Shown piece after piece: positions 55,652-64,000 of a DNA stretch of 64,000 nucleotides (position 1 is the stretch's first letter; the number at the start of each line of letters is the position of its first letter). The stretch spans positions 39,246-103,245 of the forward strand of contig JAHFCE010000008.1 of assembly GCA_023249675.1 (NCBI GenBank). Reading direction: 5' to 3'. The notes under the pieces are model-generated. The model made no database searches. It saw only the letters and a list, made by a program, of their open reading frames with translations, and was not told the DNA's origin. The translations under genes and the position numbers were made by a program. Origin of the DNA: Elusimicrobiota bacterium. Its GTDB lineage: Bacteria > Elusimicrobiota > Elusimicrobia > UBA1565 > UBA9628.

Positions 55652-56527
55652 ATGAAAATGACATCATCCGTGCCCTGCTTTGTCGCTGTTTCTGCTTTTC
55701 TTTTCGCGCCGTCGCTGATCTGCGCTCAAAATTTTGATGGGGGAGCACCTGAGCCCGGTGACGCTCCGCCGGCCGTCGAGGTGCCCGTTGCGACCGCCGC
55801 TCCGGCGGCGATGGACGCGGCCACGCGCGAGGCCACGCGGCTTGCCCTGATTCGCGGCCTTTCCTCGGATCAGACCTTGGCCCCCGACGCCGCCGTGCTC
55901 GCGGAGATCAAGGCGGCGCTGGCCGCCGTTCGGGCTCTTGATCCCGAGATGGCCCAATATGCCCTTGACCCGAGAGATAGGCCCGATGACACCGTGATCC
56001 TCGGCTACAAGGACACGCTCAAGCCGACGTTGGCTGCGCTGATCCAGAAGAACGCGGCCAGCAGGGGCCCGGACAATAAGATTCGTCTGGCCGCGCTTGG
56101 CGTCAAGGAGCTGGACGATGTCGCCGCCGCGACAAACGGGGTCTTCGTTCTCTCGGAATCGTTTGGCGGTATAGAGCTGTGGCTGCACTTCGACCAGCTC
56201 GTCGACTTACAGAAAGTTGTCAAGAAGTTCGCGGGCGCCTCGCAGCTGAGATATGCCGAGGCCAACTGTGGGTTCTACATGGGTGGTGGGCGGCTGACGG
56301 GAGGCTTCCCCGTGCTCGTGGACCAGGACGGCGCCAACTGGCGCGTCACGTTTCACAACGGCTGGGGCGACTGCATGGCCGGCTGCATCAACAACGAGTA
56401 CTGGTTCTACTCCGTGGACAACGGCGTCGCGACGCAGGCCGGCCACTACAAGACCTCTCACGGCGTCGAGATGGGCTCCATTCCCTGGACGCCCGCCTCG
56501 CCTTGGTCGTCCGCGGCCGGGAATTAA
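55652..56527 (+). CDS. Secreted hypothetical protein
   Basis: Signal peptide. C-terminal Cys/Trp-rich region. Confidence 0.4.
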   Translation: MKMTSSVPCFVAVSAFLFAPSLICAQNFDGGAPEPGDAPPAVEVPVATAAPAAMDAATREATRLALIRGLSSDQTLAPDAAVLAEIKAALAAVRALDPEMAQYALDPRDRPDDTVILGYKDTLKPTLAALIQKNAASRGPDNKIRLAALGVKELDDVAAATNGVFVLSESFGGIELWLHFDQLVDLQKVVKKFAGASQLRYAEANCGFYMGGGRLTGGFPVLVDQDGANWRVTFHNGWGDCMAGCINNEYWFYSVDNGVATQAGHYKTSHGVEMGSIPWTPASPWSSAAGN

Positions 56528-57717
56528 ACCGGGCGCAGGGCCCGATTGAAGTCTTCCGTGAGGTCGATGATGTCCTCGAGACCGACGGAAACCCGCACGA
56601 GGCTATCGGTTATCCCAAGGGCCGCGCGGTCGGCGGGCGACATGCCGGCGTGGGAGGTCGTGGCCGGCCGCGTGATGAGGGATTCGACGCCGCCGAGACT
56701 CGGCGCGACGACGGGCAACGTCACCCCCTGGATGAATCTGCGCGCAGCCGCAAGGCCGCCCCTGAGCTCGAAGCTGAGCATGCCGCCGAAGCCGTCGAAG
56801 AGAGCTTGGGCGCGCGCGTGGCCTCGTGTCGTCGGCAGGCCCGGATAGTTGACGGATTTGACCGCCCGGTGCCGGGCGAGAAATCGCGCGAGCCTGAGCG
56901 CGCTTTGATTTTGCTGGCGGACGCGCACGCCCAAGGTTTTGAGTCCGCGGTGCAGCAGAAAGCAGGCGTGGGGATCGAGGCTTCCTCCCAAGTGGTCGAG
57001 CTTCCTCTTAATCCTGCCGATGAGGTCCTTGGAGCCGATGACAGCACCCGCGACGATGTCGGAGTGTCCGTTGAGGTACTTCGTCGCGCTGTGAAGAGAT
57101 AGGTCGAAGCCCCATTCGGCGGGCCGGAAGTTGACCGGAGTCGCGAAGGTGTTGTCGATGAGAGACAGCAGGCCGTGCTTCTTGGCGAAGGCCGCGGCGG
57201 CCTTCAATTCTCCGACCTGCATCAGCGGATTTGAGATCGTCTCAACGTAGAGCGCACGGGTGTTGGGCTTGAGTGCTGCCTGCCACTGCGCGGGCTTGTC
57301 GGCGCGGATGAAGCCGCAGGAGATGCCGTAGGCGGGCAGATCCTTCGTGACGAGATCGTGGGTGCCGCCGTAGAGGCAGTCCTGAAGAAGAACGTGGTCG
57401 CCCGCGCCCAGGATAGTCAAGAGAGTCGTCGAGATGGCGGCCATGCCCGAGCCGAAGACGAGGGCGTCCTCGGCGTTCTCGAGAGCGGCGAGCTTGGTGT
57501 GCAAGGCGGCGTGGTTGGGCGTGTTGTTGAGCCGGATGTACTTGAGATCGTGGTAGTCGCCGCCATCGCCCGAGTATTCGTAGGTCGAGGATTGAAAGAC
57601 CGGCAAAGCGACCGCGCCGCCCACCCGGGGAACAGGCTCTCCGGCGTGCACGAGTCGAGTGTCAAGACGAAGTCTCATCTGTTTCATCGCGCTGCCCATC
57701 GTACATTTTTTCATCAC
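56524..57717 (-). CDS. PLP-dependent cystathionine gamma-synthase/beta-lyase family enzyme (Cys/Met metabolism)
   Basis: PLP-lysine motif SATKYLNGHSD. About 390 aa. Confidence 0.75.
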   Translation of the reverse strand: MMKKCTMGSAMKQMRLRLDTRLVHAGEPVPRVGGAVALPVFQSSTYEYSGDGGDYHDLKYIRLNNTPNHAALHTKLAALENAEDALVFGSGMAAISTTLLTILGAGDHVLLQDCLYGGTHDLVTKDLPAYGISCGFIRADKPAQWQAALKPNTRALYVETISNPLMQVGELKAAAAFAKKHGLLSLIDNTFATPVNFRPAEWGFDLSLHSATKYLNGHSDIVAGAVIGSKDLIGRIKRKLDHLGGSLDPHACFLLHRGLKTLGVRVRQQNQSALRLARFLARHRAVKSVNYPGLPTTRGHARAQALFDGFGGMLSFELRGGLAAARRFIQGVTLPVVAPSLGGVESLITRPATTSHAGMSPADRAALGITDSLVRVSVGLEDIIDLTEDFNRALRPV

Positions 57718-57822
57718 TCAGGATAACGATGACAGGATGCCGAGCTTCTTTGCGACTCGAACAAGGGCCTTATCGCGGCTCCAGATTGGCGGGCTGGCAA
57801 ATGGTAGTATGAAGGAACGCTC

Positions 57823-58923
57823 ATGCCGCCCCTGCCCCAAGCCCTGCGTCAGTCGGCCCGGCGTGGTCGCTGGACTCCAGAGAGGATGTCGCGTCTGGCG
57901 GCGGAGCTACCCAAGGTCGAGACGCACCTGCACCTGGACGGTTCGCTCTCGCCGGAGACGGTGCTCCGCCTGGCCCGGTCCACCCCGGACTCGCCCCTGC
58001 GCGGCCTCAGCGTCGAGGAGATCCGCCGACAAGTGGTCGTGGACCAGCCGCGCGCCTCCCTAGCCGCGGTCTTGGAGGCCTTTCATGCGTTCTATCCCCT
58101 GCTGCGCTCAGCTCAAGCGCTTGAGTTGAGCGCCTACGAGCTGATGCGGGACTGCGCGCGCCAGAACATCCTGCACGCCGAGGTGCGCTTCGCGCCGTGG
58201 CTGCAGCGGGCCGAGGGCTTCGCGATGGACGCGGCGCTCGACGCGGTCTTGCGGGGCCTGGAGCGCGGGGGCCGGGACTTTGGGGTCGGCAGCGGCGTCA
58301 TCCTCTGCCTGTTGCGCCCTTTCGCGGCGGTGGACCGCGAGGCGAATGAAGCGATGACCGCACTCGCCGTGGATTACGCGGGACGCGGCGTGGTCGGGCT
58401 CGACGTGGCCGACGCGGGGCCGGGCAACCAGGCGCTTGCCGACTATGGGACCTGGCTGCGGCGCGGGCGCGCGGCGGGGCTCGGTCTCACCGCGCACGCC
58501 GGCGAGTCCCCGCGCGGCGGGGAGATCGAGGACGCGCTCGACATCGGCGTGGACCGCATCGGCCACGGAATCATTCTGCGCGAGCGCCCGGACCTGCTCA
58601 AAGAGCTCGTCCGGCGTGGCGTCGTCGTCGAGGTCAACCCCACCTCGAATCTGCGGACCGGCGCTGTCTCCTCCTACCGGGAGCACCCGGCGCGCGCCTG
58701 GAAGGACGCGGGCCTGAAGATGACGCTCAGCACCGATGATCCCGGAGTGTTCGGCATCGACCTCGCGCACGAGTACGAAGCGCTTTCCCGGGAAGCGGGC
58801 TTCACGGCCGAGGAGCTTCTGGATATGACGTGGGATGGGATTTGGGCGCTGTTTCTGCCCGAGACGCGGCGCGCGGCTTTGGCCGCGCGCTTTGAGCTGG
58901 CCGCCTCCGCCGCTCTTGATTAA
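57823..58923 (+). CDS. add: Adenosine deaminase
   Basis: KVETHLHLDGS zinc-binding motif and LSTDDPGVFG. Confidence 0.8.
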   Translation: MPPLPQALRQSARRGRWTPERMSRLAAELPKVETHLHLDGSLSPETVLRLARSTPDSPLRGLSVEEIRRQVVVDQPRASLAAVLEAFHAFYPLLRSAQALELSAYELMRDCARQNILHAEVRFAPWLQRAEGFAMDAALDAVLRGLERGGRDFGVGSGVILCLLRPFAAVDREANEAMTALAVDYAGRGVVGLDVADAGPGNQALADYGTWLRRGRAAGLGLTAHAGESPRGGEIEDALDIGVDRIGHGIILRERPDLLKELVRRGVVVEVNPTSNLRTGAVSSYREHPARAWKDAGLKMTLSTDDPGVFGIDLAHEYEALSREAGFTAEELLDMTWDGIWALFLPETRRAALAARFELAASAALD

Positions 58924-58942
58924 TCGCGGCGGGGGGCTATAA

Positions 58943-59494
58943 TTGGGGTTGGACGCCCTGAACCCGATGATCGAAGAAGAAGACGAAGTCCCGCCGTTGG
59001 ATCCCAAGAAGGTCGCTCTCTTTGTGCTTCTGCTCGGGTTGATCGCCTTCGCGGGCTGGCGTTATTGGCGGGCCCGCGTGGCCGTTGCCGCGGTCGCCGA
59101 GGCGTCCAAGGATTACCGCAGGCTCTTTCCCGCGCGCTCCGCCGAGGCGCCGGCTCCGCCGCCGAAACCGATCGTCGTGGCCGGAGCGCCCATCTCGGGC
59201 ATCGGGCTGCTCAAGATCGACGACGACATGCGCGAGCCCAAGCCCGTTCCGGCGGCCGCGCCCCCGGCCGCGCCGCCTGAGACCCCGCCCGTCGCCGTCG
59301 TGAAGACCGAGTCCGCCGCCCCCATCGTGAAGCCCGTCAAGAAGGAGTTCAAGCGGCCGCGCCTGAACTCCGGCGCGTTTTCGGGGCTCAATGGAGGCTC
59401 GGGAGTGGGTTTCTCGGGCCGGACGGTCAGTGGAGGCGGAGGCGCGCCTCCGCCCGCGGATCCCCCTGTGCCCACGGCCGAGGACAAGAAGTAG
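58943..59494 (+). CDS. Membrane-anchored proline-rich hypothetical protein
   Basis: One TM helix, then a PAPPP-rich tail. Confidence 0.35.
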   Translation: MGLDALNPMIEEEDEVPPLDPKKVALFVLLLGLIAFAGWRYWRARVAVAAVAEASKDYRRLFPARSAEAPAPPPKPIVVAGAPISGIGLLKIDDDMREPKPVPAAAPPAAPPETPPVAVVKTESAAPIVKPVKKEFKRPRLNSGAFSGLNGGSGVGFSGRTVSGGGGAPPPADPPVPTAEDKK

Positions 59495-59503
59495 TTTCCC
59501 GTT

Positions 59504-60541
59504 TCAGACGGCGACGGCGTCGAAGCCGACGAGCTTTTGGCGCTCTTCGTCCCACAGGGTCAGGGACACGCAGCGAAAGCTCTTCCAGAAGGTCAGCCGC
59601 GCGGGGTTTTGCAGGATGGGATTCTCGTTCATGCAGCGCTCGAGCTTGTAGTTCGGGATGCGGCTATTGAGGTGGTGGATGTGGTGGAAGCCGATGTTGC
59701 CCGTCAGCCATTGCAGGACGCGGGGGAGCTCGTAATAGGAACTGCCGCGCAGGCTCGCCTCGACGACGTCCCATGTCTCGTCGTTGCGCCAGTAGGTGCC
59801 CTCGAACTGGTGCTGCACGTAGAAGAACCATACGCCGCCGATCGCGGTGCCGATGCCGACAGCGAGCTGGACGAGAAAGAACGGTCCGAGTCCAACGGTC
59901 TCGTGCGCGAGGGCGAGGAGTCCGACCAAGGCCAAGTCGTTGAGGAGGATGCTGCGGCGCTCGGACTTCCAGTTCGCGGGGACGATGCCGGGCCAGCGAT
60001 GGTAAACGACGAAGTGGAACGCGGGACCGATGAAGAAGAGGACGGGGATCGAGCGGTAAGCGCGGTATTTCCAGCGGCCCCAGCGCGTCAGCGCGGCGTA
60101 CTCGCGCACGGTCAAGGTTTCGATGTCGCCGTAGCCGCGGCGGTCGAGGTTTCCGGATGTCGAGTGATGAATCGCGTGGGTCTGCTTCCAGTACGTGTAA
60201 GGGGTCAAGGTCAGCACGCCGATGACGGCACCCACCCAGTCGTTGGCGCGGGGGGACTTGAAGAAGGAGCCGTGACCGCAGTCATGCTGGATGATGAACA
60301 TCCGCATGAGGAGGCCGGACGCCGGGACCACGAGGAGCAAGGTCACCGGCCAGTAGCCGCGATACGCGGTCAGGTACATCAGGGCCATGACGGAAAAGAA
60401 CGGGGTCGCGGTGTTGGCGATCTGCCACAGCGAGCTGGGCAGGTGGGATTCCCTGTACCGCGCCAGGACGGCGTTGAGTGCGGCCAGGTCGAAGGAGGAC
60501 TCGGGGCTCGGGGCCGCGGCGGCTGCGTTCATCGGGCCCAT
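59504..60541 (-). CDS. Membrane fatty-acid desaturase (DesA-like)
   Basis: Three His boxes (HDCGH, HAIHHS, HHIHH). Start set at MGPMNAAA, because the longer ORF adds a non-protein-like leader. Confidence 0.75.
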   Translation of the reverse strand: MGPMNAAAAAPSPESSFDLAALNAVLARYRESHLPSSLWQIANTATPFFSVMALMYLTAYRGYWPVTLLLVVPASGLLMRMFIIQHDCGHGSFFKSPRANDWVGAVIGVLTLTPYTYWKQTHAIHHSTSGNLDRRGYGDIETLTVREYAALTRWGRWKYRAYRSIPVLFFIGPAFHFVVYHRWPGIVPANWKSERRSILLNDLALVGLLALAHETVGLGPFFLVQLAVGIGTAIGGVWFFYVQHQFEGTYWRNDETWDVVEASLRGSSYYELPRVLQWLTGNIGFHHIHHLNSRIPNYKLERCMNENPILQNPARLTFWKSFRCVSLTLWDEERQKLVGFDAVAV

Positions 60542-60577
60542 CGTACAAAAAAATAAGGTCCGGCATTGGTGTAAACT

Positions 60578-61036
60578 ATGGGCATGAGAAACATTCTCTT
60601 GACCGTCCTGCTGGCCGCCGCCGTCGGTGCCGTTCCGGCGGGCGCGGCCGAGAACGAAAAGCTCGGCGTCGGCGTCGTTCTCGGCGTGCCGTTCGGCGTC
60701 ACGGCCAAGTACTGGCTCGACTCTCAATATGCGGTCCAAAGCCATCTCGGCGTTTCCGAGGGCAACCTCACGCTGAACGCCGATGTCTTGAAGAATTTCG
60801 ATCAGATTCTGCCGCGCAAGCGTCCCGGAACCCGCCTGCCGCTGTACGCCGGGCTGGGGCTGAAGTTCAAGACGGAGACCGAGACTTTCGTCGGGATACG
60901 CTTTGTCGGCGGCGTCTCGATGTTCCACTCGAAAAAGCCCATCGAGTTTTTCGCGGAGGTCGCGCCCGTTCTGCGGCTGGCTCCAAACGAAGGCGGCGCC
61001 TTTGACGGCGCCGTAGGCGTGCGCCGTTACTTCTAG
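60578..61036 (+). CDS. Small outer-membrane beta-barrel (OmpW/Omp_b-brl-like) protein
   Basis: Signal peptide. Alternating strands. C-terminal RRYF. Confidence 0.45.
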   Translation: MGMRNILLTVLLAAAVGAVPAGAAENEKLGVGVVLGVPFGVTAKYWLDSQYAVQSHLGVSEGNLTLNADVLKNFDQILPRKRPGTRLPLYAGLGLKFKTETETFVGIRFVGGVSMFHSKKPIEFFAEVAPVLRLAPNEGGAFDGAVGVRRYF

Positions 61037-61260
61037 CGTGCAATGGCGGGGGTCTTGACGAAATTACCCCTCACTGTTATCCTCCGCCGAAGCCGAAGCC
61101 ACAGAGCACTGGAGACACCCTGATGACCCTCACGTTTTTTGTCGCCGTTCCCGCCGTCCTCCTCACCGCGATGTACCTGCGCGAACGCCGCAGGACGTTT
61201 CCTCTGCGCGCGCGCGCGGCGCGTTCGACCCTCGACAACGCTCTTCGCGGCCGCCGCTGA

Positions 61261-62043
61261 TCAGCGCTGGCAGGACGGGCAGTAGGCGCTCGCGCGGCCG
61301 CCGATGCTCTTGCGCGTGCCGATGACGGCCCCGCCGCACGTTCCGCACTCCGTGCGCCCGTAGATCTGCACGCCCATCTGCATGCGGCCCGGGCGGCCGA
61401 GCGGATCGAGGAACGCCTCGTCATCGAGCGTCGCCCCCCCGGCCTTCACGCCGAGGCTCAGGATGTCGCGGCAGGCGGCGGCGAGCTTCTCGACTTCGGC
61501 GCGACGGAGGGATTTGCCGGCGCGGCCCGGACGGACGTTCGCCGCGTGCAGGGCCTCGGTCGCGTAGATGTTGCCCAGGCCCGCGATCAGCTTCTGGTCC
61601 ATGATCAGCGCCTTCACCGGGGCGGTGCGCTTGCGCAGGATATTCCAAAGGTAATCCGCGGTGAACTCGGGGTCCATCGGCTCGGGCCCAAGGTCCGGGA
61701 GAGGGCAGCCGACGCGGCCGAAGCGGCGCGAGTCGTGGAAGCGCACCGCCTCGGTGCCGATCCACATTTGGAAGCGGACGTGCGGGCTCTCGCCGCCGAC
61801 GGTGATGCGCCCGGACATGCCGAGGTGAAAGACGACTTCACCGCGGCCTTCCAATGCGACGATGAGGTATTTCCCGCGGCGCTTGAAGGCGGCGATGACG
61901 CCGCCCGTGAGGGTCTTGATCGCGGCCAGGGGCGGAGGGCGGTAGAACGTGGGCTTGCCCAGGGCAACGGCCGTCACCGTCTGTCCGACGTAGCGCTCCT
62001 GCAGGACCCGGCGGACGGTCTCGACCTCGGGAAGCTCGGGCAC
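61261..62043 (-). CDS. mutM: Formamidopyrimidine-DNA glycosylase
   Basis: N-terminal MPELPEVE and C-terminal zinc finger (CGTCGG...CPSCQ). Confidence 0.85.
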   Translation of the reverse strand: MPELPEVETVRRVLQERYVGQTVTAVALGKPTFYRPPPLAAIKTLTGGVIAAFKRRGKYLIVALEGRGEVVFHLGMSGRITVGGESPHVRFQMWIGTEAVRFHDSRRFGRVGCPLPDLGPEPMDPEFTADYLWNILRKRTAPVKALIMDQKLIAGLGNIYATEALHAANVRPGRAGKSLRRAEVEKLAAACRDILSLGVKAGGATLDDEAFLDPLGRPGRMQMGVQIYGRTECGTCGGAVIGTRKSIGGRASAYCPSCQR

Positions 62044-62050
62044 GGCCTCG

Positions 62051-63466
62051 TCAGTACTGCGCCACCGAGGGATCGATCGACTGCGACCAGGCGTTGATGC
62101 CGCCCGCGACGTTGACCGCGTCGAAGCCCTTCTCGCGCAGAAACTGCACGGCCCTTGCCGAGCGCCCGCCCATCTTGCAGTGCACGATCAGCGGGAGGTT
62201 CTTGTCGAGCTCGCCGAAGCGCTCGGGCAGCTTGCCCAGGGGGATCAAGGTCGAGCCGGGAATTTTAGCGATCTCGTACTCGTGCGGCTCGCGGACGTCG
62301 AGGAGGACGAATTTTTCCTTCCTGTCGAGCTTTGCTTTGAGGTCTTGAACGGAAATGTCTGGAATCGTCATGGGTTTCTCCTTGAGGCCGCAAAAGGCCT
62401 CGTAATCGATGGGTGCCGTGATGGTCGGATTTTCCGAGCACACGGGGCAAGAGATATTTTTCTTCACCTTCAGCGTGCGCCAGCTCTGTTCGAGCGCGTC
62501 GTAGAGCATCAGACGCCCCGAGAGCGGCCGGCCGATGCCGAGGATGAGTTTGAGAGCTTCGAGGGCCTGCAAAGTGCCAATCACGCCGGGCAGCACGCCC
62601 AACACGCCGGCCTCGGCGCACGACGGCACGAGGCCGGGGGGAGGGGGCTCGGGATAGAGGCAGCGGTAGCAGGGACCGTTTTTGAGGGCGAAAACGGAGA
62701 GTTGGCCCTCGAACCGGAAGATGGAGCCGTACACGTTCGGCTTGCCGGTCAAAACACAGGCGTCATTGACGAGATATCGCGTCGCGAAGTTGTCGGTGCC
62801 GTCGACGACGATATCGTAGCGCTGAAACAGCTCCACGGCATTCGCCGAAGTCAGGCGCAGTTCGTGCGTTTCGACGGATATGAAGGGATTCAACGCGAGC
62901 AGTCTTTTCTTGGCGGAGGCCAGCTTTGAGGTCCCGACCGAGGGGGTGTCGTGCAAAATTTGCCGCTGCAGATTCGACTCATCGACCACGTCGAAGTCGA
63001 CGATGCCGATGCGGCCCACTCCGGCCGCCGCGAGATACAGGGCCAAGGGCGAACCGAGCCCGCCTGCGCCCACGCACAGCACCGACGCGTTCTTAAGCTT
63101 CTTCTGGCCTTCGGGGCCGACCTCGGGCATGATCAGGTGCCGATCGTAGCGTGATTTCTCCGCCGTCGTCAGCTCGAGTTCGGCGGTGGTCGAACCGCCG
63201 GCGATGGCGGGGACGATCAGTATCGTATCGCCCTCCTTCACGGCGGTGGCGAGTCCCTGCTTGTCGCGGGCGTCATCGTCGTTCACATAAACATTGACGA
63301 ATGAACGGAGCTTGCCCTCGGGCGACATCAATTGTTGCCGTAGGCGCTCATGTCGGACAAAAAGTCGCTCCAGAGCTTCCCCGACGTTCTTGGCGTCGAC
63401 GGATATTTTTTCTTGCTTGTCGGCGAACGCGCGCAATGCCGTTGGTAATCGGATCTCAATGCTCAT
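62051..63466 (-). CDS. Fusion protein: MoaD/ThiS/CysO-like sulfur carrier (ending ...AIAGG) + MoeB/ThiF E1-like adenylyltransferase + rhodanese
   Basis: N-terminal ubiquitin-like domain ending in Gly-Gly at about aa 92. E1 nucleotide-binding motif (CVGAGGLGS) and CxxC. C-terminal rhodanese Cys (VHCKMGGRS). Confidence 0.8.
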   Translation of the reverse strand: MSIEIRLPTALRAFADKQEKISVDAKNVGEALERLFVRHERLRQQLMSPEGKLRSFVNVYVNDDDARDKQGLATAVKEGDTILIVPAIAGGSTTAELELTTAEKSRYDRHLIMPEVGPEGQKKLKNASVLCVGAGGLGSPLALYLAAAGVGRIGIVDFDVVDESNLQRQILHDTPSVGTSKLASAKKRLLALNPFISVETHELRLTSANAVELFQRYDIVVDGTDNFATRYLVNDACVLTGKPNVYGSIFRFEGQLSVFALKNGPCYRCLYPEPPPPGLVPSCAEAGVLGVLPGVIGTLQALEALKLILGIGRPLSGRLMLYDALEQSWRTLKVKKNISCPVCSENPTITAPIDYEAFCGLKEKPMTIPDISVQDLKAKLDRKEKFVLLDVREPHEYEIAKIPGSTLIPLGKLPERFGELDKNLPLIVHCKMGGRSARAVQFLREKGFDAVNVAGGINAWSQSIDPSVAQY

Positions 63467-63469
63467 GCT

Positions 63470-63916
63470 CTATCCTTCCAGCACTATCTCTTCTTCAATG
63501 AATGACCGCCCGTCTTCCGTTCTCTGCCATGATCGTGAGTCGACGGTCTTCCCGTCACGCACTTGTACAATCAAGTAACTGCAGCAAGGCATCGCCATCG
63601 TCAGGTCGAACGGCGAGGGCCACGCGGGGACCTGGGGATGCGAGTGGAAAAAGCCGACGACGCCGCGGCCGGTCCCCGAAAGCTCGGCCTCTATGCGGGC
63701 CATGACCTTCGGATCGATCAGATACCGGTTCGTCTTCGCCGATGCGTCCCAGCCGTTGGGCAGGGGACGGGCCTCGTCCACCTCGACCGTGCGGCCGGGG
63801 CGGTCGAAGTCGTTCGGGATCGGGCCGATCAGGAGGCCGCAGCCTTCCTCTGGGAAGGCCTTCTCGGCGGTCCGCACCGCGATGTCCTTGACGGCGCGCT
63901 TGAGCTTCAGGCTCAT
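63470..63916 (-). CDS. JAMM/MPN+ metalloprotease (Mec+ family)
   Basis: EEGCGLLIG and HSHPQVPAWPSPFD (HxHx7Sx2D) motifs. Confidence 0.75.
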   Translation of the reverse strand: MSLKLKRAVKDIAVRTAEKAFPEEGCGLLIGPIPNDFDRPGRTVEVDEARPLPNGWDASAKTNRYLIDPKVMARIEAELSGTGRGVVGFFHSHPQVPAWPSPFDLTMAMPCCSYLIVQVRDGKTVDSRSWQRTEDGRSFIEEEIVLEG

Positions 63917-64000
63917 GGTGCCCAGAACCTCTCGCCCAGGTAGCGCTCGCCGGAGTCGCAGAACACGGTGGCGATGACTGCTTCGCGCCCCTGCGCAACA
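63913..64000 (-). CDS. C-terminal fragment of a cysteine synthase (CysM/CysK-like), truncated by the window edge
   Basis: Encodes ...IATVFCDSGERYLGERFWAP*. Stop overlaps the JAMM start (ATGA). Confidence 0.4.
   Translation of the reverse strand, partial: VAQGREAVIATVFCDSGERYLGERFWAP

Noticed and set aside
59537-60556. 339-aa ORF antisense to the fatty-acid desaturase
   Set aside because: The desaturase His boxes identify the true strand.

Overview
This is a high-GC (about 67%) window from what looks like an uncultivated bacterium with type IX secretion, possibly in the FCB group (Fibrobacteres-Chlorobi-Bacteroidetes superphylum) or Gemmatimonadetes. Most of it is densely packed housekeeping and cell-envelope genes: a sodium:solute symporter, NamZ, PBP1, LpxL, Fpg, type III glutamine synthetase, Mrp/ApbC, peroxiredoxin, adenosine deaminase, several peptidases (S9, S1, tandem M16, Lon), tandem IscA paralogs, and tRNA-Glu(CTC) and tRNA-Cys(GCA). 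The main accessory feature is a chromosomal integron at about 28.4-33.7 kb with the integrase in the inverted orientation. The IntI carries the integron-specific insertion (KYPNADKEWGWQWVFPA) plus an unusual N-terminal extension of about 75 aa. Its stop codon abuts an AT-rich attI/Pc-like region and a same-strand array of five cassettes separated by four copies of a 55-80 bp attC-like imperfect palindrome with RYYYAAC...GTTRRRY cores. The cassettes encode a lipoprotein caspase (C14) with GC content like the host, a frameshifted BrnT-like toxin with a BrnA antitoxin, a beta-carbonic anhydrase, a DUF2975-like membrane protein and a small membrane protein. All except the caspase cassette are low-GC. 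The second notable feature is an operon of a ClpA/B-type double-AAA+ unfoldase and a LonA-type protease. Both lack the canonical N-domains and instead share a homologous N-terminal region: a signal-peptide-like segment, an Ala/Pro/Thr-rich linker with an AFEG..ER..FDV motif, and one or two copies of a winged-helix-like module of about 250 aa. Similar signal-plus-A/P-rich prefixes precede a divergent NadD-like protein and a 1459-aa polytopic protein built from three internal repeats of about 340 aa. Other points of interest are a zinc-ribbon/class III cyclase/STAND/TPR protein with a leaderless-looking promoter, a diiron (ExxH x2) protein co-operonic with lpxL, a PorV-like outer membrane protein next to a T9SS-CTD cargo that is fused in frame to a GIY-YIG segment, and a Mec+(JAMM)/MoaD::MoeB::rhodanese/CysM sulfur-carrier locus. 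A perfect CTGT-N8-ACAG palindrome also occurs twice. Many long ORFs antisense to real genes are GC-driven artefacts and were rejected.
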